A stretch of DNA of 64,000 bases. Source: Octopus sinensis (lineage: Eukaryota). The stretch covers positions 104,780,001-104,844,000 of the forward strand of contig NC_043004.1 in NCBI RefSeq assembly GCF_006345805.1. Reading direction: 5' to 3'. Position 1 is the stretch's first letter; every line of letters starts with the position of its first letter. This document shows positions 42,975-55,445 of this stretch, in pieces. The notes below the pieces were generated by a model that worked only from the letters and a program-made list of their open reading frames with translations, did not search any database and was not told the DNA's origin. The position numbers were made by a program, and so were the translations under genes.

Positions 42975-43654
42975 CTCTAACCTAGATTCACTTCCAGGGT
43001 TATGTCTTAGAGCAGATCTGGTCTTTTACTAAATCATACAAGTCGAACATACCAAACCATCACTGACTAAATAGGAACAACTACGAAACTTCCATTTTAT
43101 TTTTATTTTTCACCTTTTAAGTCACCATTCTAGCGTTAGTCCCATGCTTTATTAGAAATATGTGTTGAATTAAGTACTGGCCTTGATCTGAATACGGGAA
43201 TGTTTATCTATAGCACGCAATTCACATGACAGTTAAAGTATCAGAAAAAAAATACACAGCAGCAGAGAACATAAAGAAAGCTACCAGCAGCTAGTTCTAA
43301 GTAATGATAAAACGGGCCTCTTGTAATACAATTCTTGGTGAAGATATGGGAAAAAGACAGAAATGCTAAAATTCTATATAGTCATATAAATTTCATGCGT
43401 TAACGGAGAAGCAAAGAACGAAAAGCTTAAACTAGATTAATTCTTTATAAGCTAGAAAGGCGTAGCTAATGATATGAACTGGGGTTGATAATAAACTAAT
43501 GGCTTAAAAACTAGGCCATGAGATATGATAAAGACGAACAAGTACAGAAAACAATAGATTCATAATTTCTTACATACGCATTAAATGTCAGAATTATAGA
43601 GGTGAAGTAATTAGGATTTTGTTATGTTTGTGATTTTCTCAAGAATATTGGTTT

Positions 43655-43850
43655 CAAATTTTGGCACAAGGCCAGCAATTTCGGCGTGAGTGGAGTAAAG
43701 TCGATTACATCGATCCCACTGCTCGACTGGTATTTATTTTATCAATTCCGAGGAGATGAAAGACATAGTCGACCTCGGCGAAATTTGAACTCAGAACGTA
43801 AAGACGGACGAAATGCCGCTAAGTATTTTTTCCGGCGTGCCAGCTCGTCG
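43655..43850 (-). mobile_element. SINE family B, tail type 3
   Basis: Core motif; minus-strand tail ends gctggccttgtgccaaaatttgaaac. Confidence 0.78.
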
Positions 43851-44215
43851 TTTTTTCTCCAGAATGTTAAAAGGGAAACAGTTCATAATGGAAAACGAAA
43901 CAGGGTCAGTAACTGAAAGTTTGCTGTGATAGCGTAAAGACTATGAAAAAATTACTATATGGACTAGAAGCAAATCTAATTGTGTGAGATCTCCTGGACT
44001 TAAGCGTATATTATTGATGGGAGAATGAAGGGAGAATGCAAGATGTTAATGAAGGTCAATGAAGGGAGAATGCAAGATGTTAATGCAAAAAATTTTATAG
44101 GGTTAACAAAGTCACGTAGTAAGCGTTTATCTGTTGAAGATCTGCAGCAGCTAGTACACCAAAGCATCCAAAATTAACCCGTAAAATATATTGTAGAAGC
44201 AGTAAGAAAGAAATT

Positions 44216-45067
44216 GGATCTTTTCCTTTTGAACGGCACTTTTCAACACAATTTCTAGTTAACTAAACACTTTTAAATTTCGTATACTGGTAGAAAGTGT
44301 TTATAAAACATCATTTTTTCTTGGCTTTATTGAGAAAATTCTATAGGTTGTAAGATATTTCGTCTGAAAGTTCGAGCATTTCGGCAATTTTAACCAATCG
44401 CTGGAGTCCATTTAGGTAAAAAACATTCCGTGCTGTATGAATATGTCCCTCCTTTAAGAAACAGATTGGATTTATTTACTTTTGTGAAGAAAAAATATAC
44501 CCTTCCCCCACCCCTAACCCTAACCCTAACCCTAACTCTCACCCTAAATCTAAAATAGATTGAAATGCAATAGATCGATGCTAGGGCCATAATTATGGGT
44601 GACAATTTCATACGACACCGCTACGGAAAATGGGATTTTTTTCTAGCGGTGTCAAATGAAAATGTCACCCATAATTATGGCCCTAGTATCTATCTATTGC
44701 ATTTCAATCTATTTTAGATTTAGGGTTAGGGTGAGAGTTACGGTTAGTTAGGGTTAGGGTTAGAGTTAGGGGTTGGGGAAGGGTATCTTTTTTCTTCACG
44801 AATGTAAATAAACCCAATCTGTTTCTTAAAGGAGGGACATATTCATACAGCACGGAATGTTGTTTACCTAAATGGACTCCAGCGATTGGTTAAAATTGCC
44901 GAAATGCTCGAAATTTCAGACGAAATATCTTACAACCTATAGAATTTTCTCAATAAAGCCAAGAAAAAATGATGTCTTATAAACACATTCTACCAGTATA
45001 CGAAGTTTAAAAGTGTTTAGTTAACCAGAAATTATGTTACAAAGTGCCTTTCAAAAGGAAAAGATCC
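44216..45067. mobile_element. 852-bp foldback DNA element with internal telomeric repeats and 8-bp TSD
   Basis: Arms of ~410-420 bp are reverse complements starting GGATC; ~20-nt loop at 44624-44643; TSD aagaaatt at 44208-44215 and 45068-45075; (CCCTAA)n in left arm, (TTAGGG)n in right arm. Confidence 0.9.
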
Positions 45068-45849
45068 AAGAAATTTTATTTCTGAATAACTCAATAACAA
45101 GACTGCGGAAATCCAGGAGTAATTTACTGAAAACGATTCCACACTGCAGCAAGACAAAGACAGGCGTTCTGAACATGAAACTCTGTGAATTGCTTAGTGA
45201 GTAAAAGACTCAAGAAAATACCGACGACGTGAGATACAGACACCATTAGACGCAAACAACTGTAGAGACATATATTTGACGCAGACGACATTAGACGCAG
45301 ACGACATTAGGCACAGATGGCATTAGACGCAGTTTTTAAAAAGCATCCAATACACAAGAAAGAACGACATCTTGAAACCCCATCCCAGATATATCACCTT
45401 ATATTTCTCAGTATTGATATTTAGCTGAATTCAATGGTGAGTAGGTCAATGTACTTGTGATTAAAATTGATTAATTTAACCTATTTATAATTTTATAACA
45501 TTAGATCTTAATTACAGATTGTTTTGGAATTTTATCATAACTTTAGATCACAGTGCATAACATCACATTGTGTGCGATTATCTCAAGTTATTAAGTGCTT
45601 GAAAGGCGCGACAGCGAGTTTCTGTGTATTTTTTTATTTTTTTAGTAGTATGGCTATGTCTATTATCGTCTTTTGAATTTGTGTTATAGTTAAAAATTGC
45701 TTATAGAGTTGGTATCTCTATAAACGCCGTTTATAATGACCCCATCTAACACGGTTTCGTTTAGCCTAGTATTTTTTAGGAACGTAACCAGAGCGCTAAT
45801 TGGAGTATTACAGCATGTGATGCATTTGTTACGAGATATATTATAAGTG

Positions 45850-46110
45850 ACTAAAGAAGGAATGCCAGATGGACTTGAGAGGAGATGGCAAGCATTTTTA
45901 GTTCAGAGGAACGAAGGGCTGATTTGTAATGATACTTTTGACTGATTGAGGAGACAGCATCCTGTGGGCTAGAGGCTATAGAGTGTTGATCAAGAGGGAT
46001 GAGATCATGAATGTTTGTGCATGAGGCAATAGAACTGTCCTAAATGAGGGAGCAGTGTTCCATAGTAAGTTTTATTTGAACATTGTGAAGAGTTAGTAGT
46101 TGATGGTAAA
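45850..46110 (-). pseudogene. Degenerate CR1/L2-group LINE C-terminal remnant
   Basis: Minus-strand MEHCSLI*DSS and YHY...RSSEL resemble LEYCS.IW and FYRY..G.CS.EL patterns. Confidence 0.35.
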
Positions 46111-46447
46111 ACAAAAGATTATATTTATTAAAAGAAAGAAATACTGTCAGAGAAGGATAAATAAAATGCAGAGAGGGAGGGAGGGAGAAACAGGGTGGGA
46201 ATGGAGGGAGGAAAAAGAGAAAGGTGGATGAAGAGAGAGGCTTTCCGATACTGGTTCCTAAATCAAACATGTAAAAAAAACCAATGCTTGACCGAGGAGG
46301 ACTAATAATACCGAAACATATGAGGAGTTGTCCCATGTAGTTGTTAAAATAATTACAATGGCATTTGTCATGCACCTAATGTTGTCTCTTCTTCATCATA
46401 CAAGGATTTGTAATTAAATTTTTAATGCCCAGTACATGATTAAATGT

Positions 46448-46765
46448 GGAGGCGTAATGGCCCAGTGGTTAGGGCAGCGGACTCGCGGTCGGAGGATCGC
46501 GGTTTCGATTCCCAGACCGGGCGTTGTGCGTGTTTATTGAGCGAAAACACCTAAAAGCTCCACGAGGCTCCGGCAAGGGGTGGTGGTGACCCCTGTTGTA
46601 CTCTTTCGCCGCATCTTTCTCTCACTCTTTCTTCCCGTTCCTTGAGTAAAGCTGCGATGGACTGGCATCCCGTCTAGCTGGGGGGGGGCACATACGCCAT
46701 AGAAACTGGGAAACCGGGCCCATGAGCCTGGCTAGGCTTGAAAAGGGCGCATAAATAAAAAAAAA
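46448..46765 (+). mobile_element. SINE family C (tRNA-Arg-like head, V-domain-like segment)
   Basis: ggaggcgtaatggcccagtggttaggg...gtttcgattccc; gctgcgatggactggcatcccgtc; tail identical in layout to 29527. Confidence 0.82.
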
Positions 46766-47278
46766 CATGATTAGATATGTTAAAACAACAAATTATGCTA
46801 ACGCTAATTTAACTTGAATTGAATATCTGTGTTAATGAGGCTGAAATTTGAGAAATACTTCCGACACAAACATTCTTAAGTTTAACGATGCGCAGAGTTG
46901 CAATCTCTGCAATAACAAGCAGTACAATGATGCCCACTGTATATCAATTTTCAGTAACATCACCAGCAGAACAAAGCATTCAGATATCTCCAGTGAAAAA
47001 AATTACTTTGAATATAAATGTATTGTTCAGAAATGACGTACTTTGATAAACAATGTCTTTCATGAAGAATCTTGGGTATCAGTAGACGAGATAATGCAAA
47101 CAGCGATGACGTATTACGTCGAGTTAACCAATAGCAACTAACAAAATTATGGTGAGGAGCAGGAGCTAGAGTCATTAAATACACGTCACACACACACACA
47201 CACACACACATATGGAAGTATACTAGTGTGTGCTGAAAAGTTCAGTGAAGTCCTGCATACATTAATTTAAGCTCTTCT

Positions 47279-47648
47279 TAATTACCGCCGCCTTACCGAA
47301 GGCGGAGGTATTGTTTTCAGTCGCGTTTGTTTGTTTGTTTGTCCATGGACAAGATATCTCAAGAACCGCTGGTTGGATTTTGATGAAACTTTCAGGGATC
47401 TTTGGCCTCGTGACTGGTACGAACCGATTAGGTTTTGGGATTGATCTGGTACCAAACAAGGATTCTTTATTATTTTTCCGATTTTTTTACTTTTGAGAGC
47501 GGTCGAGTTCATTTTTGGTATTCTCGTTTGTGAGAGCAGTCAAGTTTATTTCAGATATTCTCATTTTAAAAGTCATCTCTGGCAAATCATTGAGAGGAAG
47601 TTGGTGTTGCCTTGGCGGAGGTTTTGCTCTCTGGGTGGTCTTGTTAGT
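47279..47648 (+). mobile_element. Helentron-associated non-autonomous element (HINE/DINE-1-like) nested in the mariner
   Basis: 5' ttattaccgccgcc with hairpin ccgccttaccgaaggcgg, (GTTT)n tract, 3' ccttggcggaggt subterminal inverted repeat. Confidence 0.7.
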
Positions 47649-48002
47649 AATTGCATTGTTTCTTTCCAGGTAAACTAACAGCTAGCCATTCAAAGCACAC
47701 TTCAAAAATAACTAGTAGCAACTTCTCTTGAAAATCGACAAAATTTGGCATCGTACTGTTAATCAAATACCTGCAGAAAAAGCACCCCACCCCCCAGGAC
47801 ATTCACGCTGACATGGTTGCCACATTAGAAGATAACGCATCAGCTTTATCAACATTGAAAAAGTGGCCAGCTGAATCTACGAGGAGAAGAGAGACTCTTC
47901 AAGATTATCCAAGATCTGGACGTCCTGCAACTGTCACCACCGAAGAAAACATTAAGCGTGTTCACCACGTGCAGATGAATGACAGGCGATTGACTATAAA
48001 TT

Positions 48003-48222
48003 ATTTCCTTTTCTACTGTAGGGACAAGGCCCGAAATTTTGGGGGAGGGGACCAATCGATTAGATCGACTCCAGTACGCAACTGGTACTTAATTTATCGA
48101 CCCCGAAAGGATGAAAGGCAAAGTCGACCTCGGTGGAATTTGAACTCAGAACGTAAAGACAGACGAAATACAGATAAGCATTTCGCCCGGCGTGCTAACG
48201 TTTTTGCCAGGTCGCCGCCTTC
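48003..48222 (-). mobile_element. SINE family B (tail type 2) nested in the mariner ORF
   Basis: Core motif; flanked by direct repeat gactataaatta. Confidence 0.88.
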
Positions 48223-48937
48223 GATCGACTATAAATTAAAGAAATAAAAAAATACGGCGCACTCAAAAATAAAATTTTAAAAAATACGACTATAAATCAA
48301 AGAGTTAATGCTATTAGCTTATTCCGTGAGAAAGCTGAGAATATTCTGCTCAATGAACCTGGAATGACGAAGGTTTCTGCTTGGTGGGTGCCATGTCTTC
48401 CGAACCTGATCAAAAGCGCACTTGATGACCACATTACGGGAAAATATGACATTGTTTCAGGCAGATCCAGCTGGTTTCCTTGGATGTTTCCTATCCTACG
48501 GTGAGTGTTGGATTCATCACTTTGAGCCGAAGACAATCCATGCAGTGGAAACACCACTCCTCCGCTCCAAAGACTGCCAACGTCGTTTCATCTACAAGAA
48601 AGCTGATGGCCTCAGGTTTTTGGGATGCAAAAAGTATTGCGTTTATTGACTATCTTCAAAAGAATCACACCCCCAACTTACTGAGACAGTTATGAAAGCT
48701 TATCGAGGCCAAACGCCCATGGAAACTGATGGAAGGGGTCGTTTCAACGGCACAATTCTCCAGCATACAAGTCTTTGGTTTCAATGGCTGCTGTGCTTGA
48801 CTCTGGCTTTAAACGTCTTTATCCCCCTCCCTATTCTCCTGCTTTGTCACCATCTGACTATCATTTATTCCCCAACATGAAAAAAAAATTTGGCTGGGGA
48901 CAAATATCGCAGTGATGATGACGTCATAGCTACTGTT

Positions 48938-49128
48938 ACTTTTACACTTTTACTTGTTTCAGTCATTTGACTGTGGCCATGCTGGAGCACCTCCTTTAGT
49001 CGAGCAAATCGACCCCAGGACTTATTCTTTGAAAGCCTAGTACTTATTCGATCGTTACGGGGACGTAAACACATCAGCATCGGTTGTCAAGCGATATTGG
49101 GGGGACAAACACAGACACACAAACATAT

Positions 49129-49190
<62 letters not shown>

Positions 49191-49349
49191 ACATATACGA
49201 CGGGCTTCTTTCAGTTTCCATCTACCAAATCCACTCACAAGGCTTTGGTCGGCCCGAGGCTATAGTAGAAGACACTTTCCCAAGTGGGACTGAATCTGGA
49301 ACCATGAGGTCGGTAAGCAAGCTACTTACCACACAGCCCCTCCTACGCC
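48938..49349 (-). mobile_element. SINE family A nested near the mariner ORF 3' end
   Basis: Splits the transposase between DDDVIATV and DDIFQQQDESF. Confidence 0.88.
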
Positions 49350-49577
49350 TATAACATTTGATGACATTTTTCAGCAACAGGATGAAAGCTTCACCAACGG
49401 AATCCAAGCACTGCAACACCCAAGGGTATGGACTATGTTGAAAAGAAAACCTTAAATGGCCACATTCCATAAGGGTATCTCGATCAGCCTATGAACGTTC
49501 CAGCCAACCCTCGTATGCAAGCGTGTATGTATGTATGTATGTAGTATGTATGTATGTATGTATGTATGTATGTATGT

Positions 49578-50772
49578 ATATATTCTGAATGCATTCTCTG
49601 ATGCTTGCACTGCCTTAGGATTGACAGTCAGTCTCAAGAAAACTGTTGTCATGTACCAACCTGCCCCTGGTAAGCAGTATAGTGTACCAAATATCTATGT
49701 GTATGGTAAACGACTTGATGTAGTTGATCAGTTTGTCTACTTGGGAAGCACTGTTAATAGATATAGCAATTTGATTGATGAAATTCCATACAGAATTAGG
49801 AAAGTAAGTGATGCTTTCGGAAGGCTAGAAAGGCGCCTCTGAAGTCGGCGAGACATATGCAGAAAGACAAAGATAAAGGTGTACAAGGCATGTATGCTCC
49901 CTTCTCTTCTCTATGCCTGTGAGACATGGGTCACATATCGATACCACCTTAAACAACTGGAATGTTTCCATCAGATGTGTCTCAGACGGATGTACGGCAT
50001 TAAGTGGGAGGACCGCATCAGTGATCTTGAAATATTGGAAGGCTCTCAGCGCGAAAGTATAGAAGCTCTTGTGTTAAGGCAAAGGCTCAGATGGAGTGGT
50101 CATCTGGTCAGGATGAAGGATTCAAGAATGCCAAAACAACTCTTTTATGGAGAGTTAGCTAAAGGAGAACGACCTCCACACAAACCAAAAAAGAGGTGTA
50201 AAGACTTGCTGAAGGCTTCCTTAAGAGATGCTTGCATCTCTCCTGACACATGGGAGGGCATAGCTATTGATCGTAGCAGGTGGAGAAGGATTGTGCACGA
50301 GGGGACAGCTACTTTTGAGAAATCTCGAGTTGCGCATGAGAAAGTAAGGAGGGATGTCAGGAAGGGCATCGTTGTTACACTTCCAGATGGGAAGGGTCTT
50401 CCTATGATGCTGACATGCAGTGTCTGTGCAAGACCCTGCCTCAGTAAAGCTGTACTCAAGAGACATCTTCGTAGTCATAAAGCGAGACAGATGGGTGACA
50501 ACCTGGCCACTGGTGATGGTGTTACACACCATACTAATCATATCTGTCGGGCATGTGGAATAGAGTGTAATTCGGCAGGAGGACTTAAACGAGATGCAAA
50601 GGTACATGAAGCCCAGTTACAACTACAGCCGGCTATTGCCAGTAAAGGTTTTAGTTGCCAATTCTGTACAAGACATTGTAGATCTTTAGCTGGGCTAAAA
50701 AGTTACATTCGATCACAGCACCAATAACAGTTAAGCTTCGTGCAATGGCCATACTCGATAACGAGGGGCAGC
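49578..50772 (+). mobile_element. 5'-truncated RTE-clade LINE: RT C-terminus, three C2H2-like fingers and 3' UTR, between (TATG)n tracts
   Basis: GLTVSLKKTVVM, FVYLGSTV, LLYACETW, FHQMCLRR, RLRWSGHLVRM..SRMPKQLFYGEL, DRSRWR; one in-frame TGA at 49840-49842; ORF ends 50727. Confidence 0.92.
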
Positions 50773-50776
50773 CATC

Positions 50777-50807
<31 letters not shown>

Positions 50808-50978
50808 GATGGATGTATGGATGGATGGATGCATGCATGCATGCATGTATGTATGTATGTATGTATGTATGTATGTATGTATGTATGCATGCATGCATGT
50901 ATGTATGTATGTATGTATGCATGTATGTATGCATGTATGTATGTATGCATGCATGCATGTATGTATGTATGTATGTAT

Positions 50979-52612
50979 GTCATTATTCAGTTTATTTCAA
51001 GATTTCTTGCCAATAGAGAAAGAACCGGTTTCTAACCTAGATCCAAGGCTCCTTCAATGGAATTTCAACATCAACAACAGGGTGTTTTTGTTTGTATACA
51101 TGCATATATGCATGCATAGATGTATGTATGTATGCATGTTTGTATGCATGCATGTATGTATGTGTGTATGTATGTATGTGCAGATTTGTATGTTTTATGT
51201 ATGTATTCTCATGGGTATAGTTACACATCCAGACATACTCATACATATTTAAATGATAAACTTCTGGAAAGTTTTGCAAATTTTTACAGTCCCAGTGATG
51301 GATTGGATCTGTAGTCTTCGAATCAGCTTTCTCCTTTTTGGTTTTGAGAAGCCTAATTTCTCAAGATTGGTATTTAGGTAGTGTGTTACATATCCCAGAG
51401 CCCCAATAATTATTGATATAAGCCTGGACTTGTAATCTGGATAGAGCAACTGCAGATTTCTCAATAGTTCAGCATAGGTGTTCTCTTTTTCACTGATCTT
51501 CAGCTTTATGTTAACATCCATTGGGCAGCTAATTTCCACAACTGTGCACAGTTTCTTTTCTCTATCCCAAATTATTATATCAGGTCTGTTGTGCTTACAT
51601 TTTATTGAGGTCTTCACAGGTACATTCCATCAGTATTCCTTTTTATTATGAGTGGCTATGGTTTCTACCATACTGTGGAATCTTATTTCTTTGTCCTCGG
51701 AGTTATCCTCCTGACTGACTTCATTACAGAGTGTCCTAGTTACAATATCATGTCTCATCAGTAAATTATACCGTAATGATATTTTCGGACAACTTCTTAT
51801 GATGTGGCTGATATCTTCGGTGTTAACACCACAAAGTCTGCATCGGTTGTCACACTTTACGGTTTTACCCGCATCTCTATCCCTTTGTGCATCAGGTACT
51901 TGGTTGATATTTCCTGTTCCTGGAATGCAAACGCATACCCTTCAAAGTGGGAGGTAGTAATCCGGCTCTTGGTCCATGATAAATTGCTTTGATGATCGAT
52001 GTTACTATCATCTCGGAGCTTTCTACTAACATATCCATGCATAGTCTTCTACTCATATAGGCTCATCCTTTCATCTGATGATATGATGCCATCAAAGTGA
52101 CACTGGGGTAAAATATACGAAGCCCAGTATGCCCATCATGACTACACGTCTGATAAGGGTACACCAGGCACATGCATTACAACCATATGTGCGCGACATG
52201 GTGATCTCATATCAAGATAAACAGCACATGATCTTGCAGGTGGGGCCCAGTTAGAATTTTCTTCTGGTCGAGTAAGCCATCCCGCTCAAAAGGTCCCTGA
52301 ATAAGGATTGTTTAAAGATGTTGAACGAAACGCCCATGTTTCCAGAGGTGAATTATTCAAACCCCAAAGAATCCCTCTCAACACATGGCTATGATGTTCT
52401 CCCCTCTACTTCTGCTCGTGATCAGAGATGCACATATCGTCAGCCACTAAGGGACATGCTCAACTGGTTAAGGTCAAACAACTGACAAGCAAATCTGTGG
52501 TATTGAGCAGAATATTTGCTGTAGCCCATCTTTTATACCAAGTCAAAACAATGTACATAACACTTCCAATCAGTTAAGATCAGAAGCTACGAAAGCCTCT
52601 GCCTGGTACTGC
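50979..52612 (-). mobile_element. R4/Dong-type non-LTR element, apparently internally deleted (putative 5' UTR joined to 3' ORF part)
   Basis: EGYAFAFQEQEISTKYL; CCHC motif CRLCGVNTEDISHIIRSC plus RHD; restriction-like endonuclease KHNRPDIIIWDREKKLCTVVEISCP; flanked by (CATA)n-type repeats. Confidence 0.85.
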
Positions 52613-52624
52613 ATACATACATGC

Positions 52625-52925
52625 GTAAGGGCCTAGTAGTTAGGGTGTTGCACTCACGATTCACCGATCGTGGTTTCAATTCCTAGACTGGGTGGTACGT
52701 TGCATTCTTGAGCAAAACACTTCATCTCATGTTGTTCTGCGATCACGCGATCACTTCGACACCTGACGTGTGGCACACAGTGTACCTTATTCGAACAACG
52801 TCAATTTGATGGAGAGAGAGTGAGCTAATGTGCGGCACGAACACTTGATCACTACAAACAAATCATTTGTGCAGATCGTTCGGCAAAAGCTGAACGCGCA
52901 TACGTCCTTTTCGACGGGAGAGTCC
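52625..52925 (+). mobile_element. SINE family C with a third tail type
   Basis: Head ctagtagttagggtgttgcactc...gtttcaattcc; ttcttgagcaaaacacttcat; different 3' region. Confidence 0.7.
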
Positions 52926-52927
52926 AT

Positions 52928-53351
52928 CACATACATACATATACACACACACACACACACACACATACATACATACATACATACATACATACAACATACA
53001 TACACACACACATACATACATACATACATACATACATACATACATACATACATACATACACACACACATACATACATACAAACATACATACATACATACA
53101 TACATACATACATACATACACACACATACATAAATACATACATACACACACACATACATACATACATACATACATACATACGTACAAACATACATACATA
53201 CATAACATACATACATACATACATACATACAAACATACATACATAACATACATACATACATACATACATACATACATGCATACACACACATACATATGTG
53301 TGTACATACAGATAATAATGATGATAATCATAATAATAATAATAATAATAA

Positions 53352-53423
<72 letters not shown>

Positions 53424-53475
53424 AAGAAGAAGAAGAAGAAGAAGAAGAAGAGAAGAAGAAGAAGAAGAAGAGGTT
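52928..53475. repeat. Compound microsatellite (CATA)n-(AAT)n-(TAG)n-(GAA)n
   Basis: Directly visible. Confidence 0.95.
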
Positions 53476-53804
53476 AACTAGTACAGGCCAGCAACTTCTT
53501 ATGATTTGTACTAATTTACACTAACGTACAGATATCTGTATTTAGCTTAATTATTTAAGTAAATTTAATATTTGTTTAATTTAGAGTGTATTGGCCAAGG
53601 TGACAACCACTGGTTCGCTAAAATCAATAATCCGTAAAGGCTTTTGAACTAAATGTTTCGAGAATCTACGTTGCGCTTGTGTTTGTGTCTTTTAGTAAAA
53701 TGGCAATGTTAGAGCTGGGGAAGAAGTTCTTAAAAGACATAACCATAATCCACTTTGCATGAAAGTAAGGCAAAGATGAGAAGAGATTAACGATAGTTAG
53801 AAGA

Positions 53805-54030
53805 TGGCGAGCTGGCAGAAACATTAGCACGCTGGGCGAAATGCTTAGCGGTATTTCGTCTGCCGCTACGTTCTGAGTTCAAATTCCGCCGAAGACGACT
53901 TTGCTTTTCATCCTTTCGGGGTCGATTAAATAAGTACCAGTTACGCACTGGGGTCGATATAATCGACTTAATCCGTTTGTCTGTCCTTGTTTGTCCCCTC
54001 TGTGTGTAGCCCCTTGTGGGCAGTAAAAAC
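53805..54030 (+). mobile_element. SINE family B, tail type 1
   Basis: Full head, core and tail. Confidence 0.9.
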
Positions 54031-54237
54031 ATAACATAAGATAATTAGAAGATGGTCAGGTACCAAGAACCAGCAAAGGATGACCAACAGATCCACGTGC
54101 CGAGTGACATAAAAGAAGCACATATAGGCAACTATACATGTCGATATTCATTGACATACACACATACATACATACATACATACATACATACATACATACA
54201 TACATACATACATACATACATGAATATACTGAATGAG

Positions 54238-54305
<68 letters not shown>

Positions 54306-54739
54306 TGATAGATAGATAGATAGAGGGGGGAGAGGAAGAGATGAGGAAGAGAGAAAGAGAAGTTCATTTTGTTGGCCAATATTATTAGTAAATAACATGG
54401 CGGCTAGCAGGCAGAATCGTTAATACACCAGGCAAAATGCTCGACGGCATTTCGTCCGTCTTTACGTTCTGAGTTCAAATACTGCTGAGGTCGACTTTGC
54501 CCTTCATCCCATTCAGGGTCGATAAAATAAGTACCCTCGAAATTGCTGGCTTTGTGCCAAAATTTGAAACTATTATATTATTGTTTTACATATTTTTATG
54601 ACAACCGAATTCTCCAATTGCCTCAAGAGACGAATGTCAATGTAGAAATAATTATACAGCAGTTAGTAACATAATCAAATGTCATATATATATATATGTG
54701 TGTGTGTGTGTAATGGATGTACGTGCGCGCGTGAAAAAT

Positions 54740-54950
54740 AACTATTGTATAATGTATTTGTTTGTGATGTATCAGTCAAATACTGATGACCAAATGGGAG
54801 GGTGAGTGAAGTCTACAATAACGGATACAATAACCCGAAAACTCCATCGCCTCGAGTGAGGGGTGCGTTAATAAACTTGCACCCTAGTCAGTAACGTATT
54901 CAAATGTCATTTAGAAAAAAGCTCCATATGACACGAATTAAATAACCCCC

Positions 54951-54982
<32 letters not shown>

Positions 54983-55445
54983 ACACTCACATATACACAC
55001 ACACACATACACCCTTTTAACGAAGGTCAATTTTAACGGGTGCAGTAAGTGTGCCAAATTAGTTGCCTCACGTGGAAAACAATTTCACGGAATTAAATAG
55101 CTTACCGAGTCTTTTCTTAGGTTTTACTTATTTTTTTTTTTTTACTCATTACTCCCAGTTTGGCGCCCAGCCTTTGTTCTTCAAAATATCGTTGTCGACC
55201 AATCATATCATATCATAATATTGCTTTATCCTGGTTGCTTGTCACAGCCTCTTAGACATGGACACGAAGAAACAAGATTAGACTGACCTCCTATAATTTT
55301 TTCATATCTTTGCTATAAATACGCATTCAAGATAAGCCTCTCTTATTAAAAACACATTCAAAACTGGGTAACATTTACTTTATAGAAACTAGATTTTGAG
55401 GAAACTAGTGACTGTCTGCATCGATAAAACTAAATATATGAAATT
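54740..55445. repeat. Copy 1 of an old ~700-bp direct duplication (non-coding)
   Basis: Colinear similarity to 60925-61620, e.g. caaatgggagggtgagtg, ccatatgacacgaatt, ttttaacgaaggtcaattttaacgggtgc, ctttatcctgg, tttgaggaaactagtg. Confidence 0.85.

Larger units (their letters stand above)
47221..49515 (+). mobile_element. Decayed mariner (D,D34D) transposon with three nested insertions
   Basis: TA-flanked imperfect TIRs (tactagtgtgtgctgaaaagttca / tgaacgttccagccaaccctcgta); peptides DKIWHR, DIHADMVATL, PRSGRPATVTTEENI, WVP, ECWIHHFEP, PYSPALSPSDYHLFPN, GIQALQH...DYVEK. Confidence 0.88.

Noticed and set aside
44216-45067. Telomere fusion site or true chromosome end
   Set aside because: Repeats are short, in the wrong orientation for a fusion, and lie inside an element with a perfect TSD.
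49531-50727. Host zinc-finger gene
   Set aside because: The fingers are in frame with RTE reverse-transcriptase motifs and followed by a LINE-type 3' UTR and tail.
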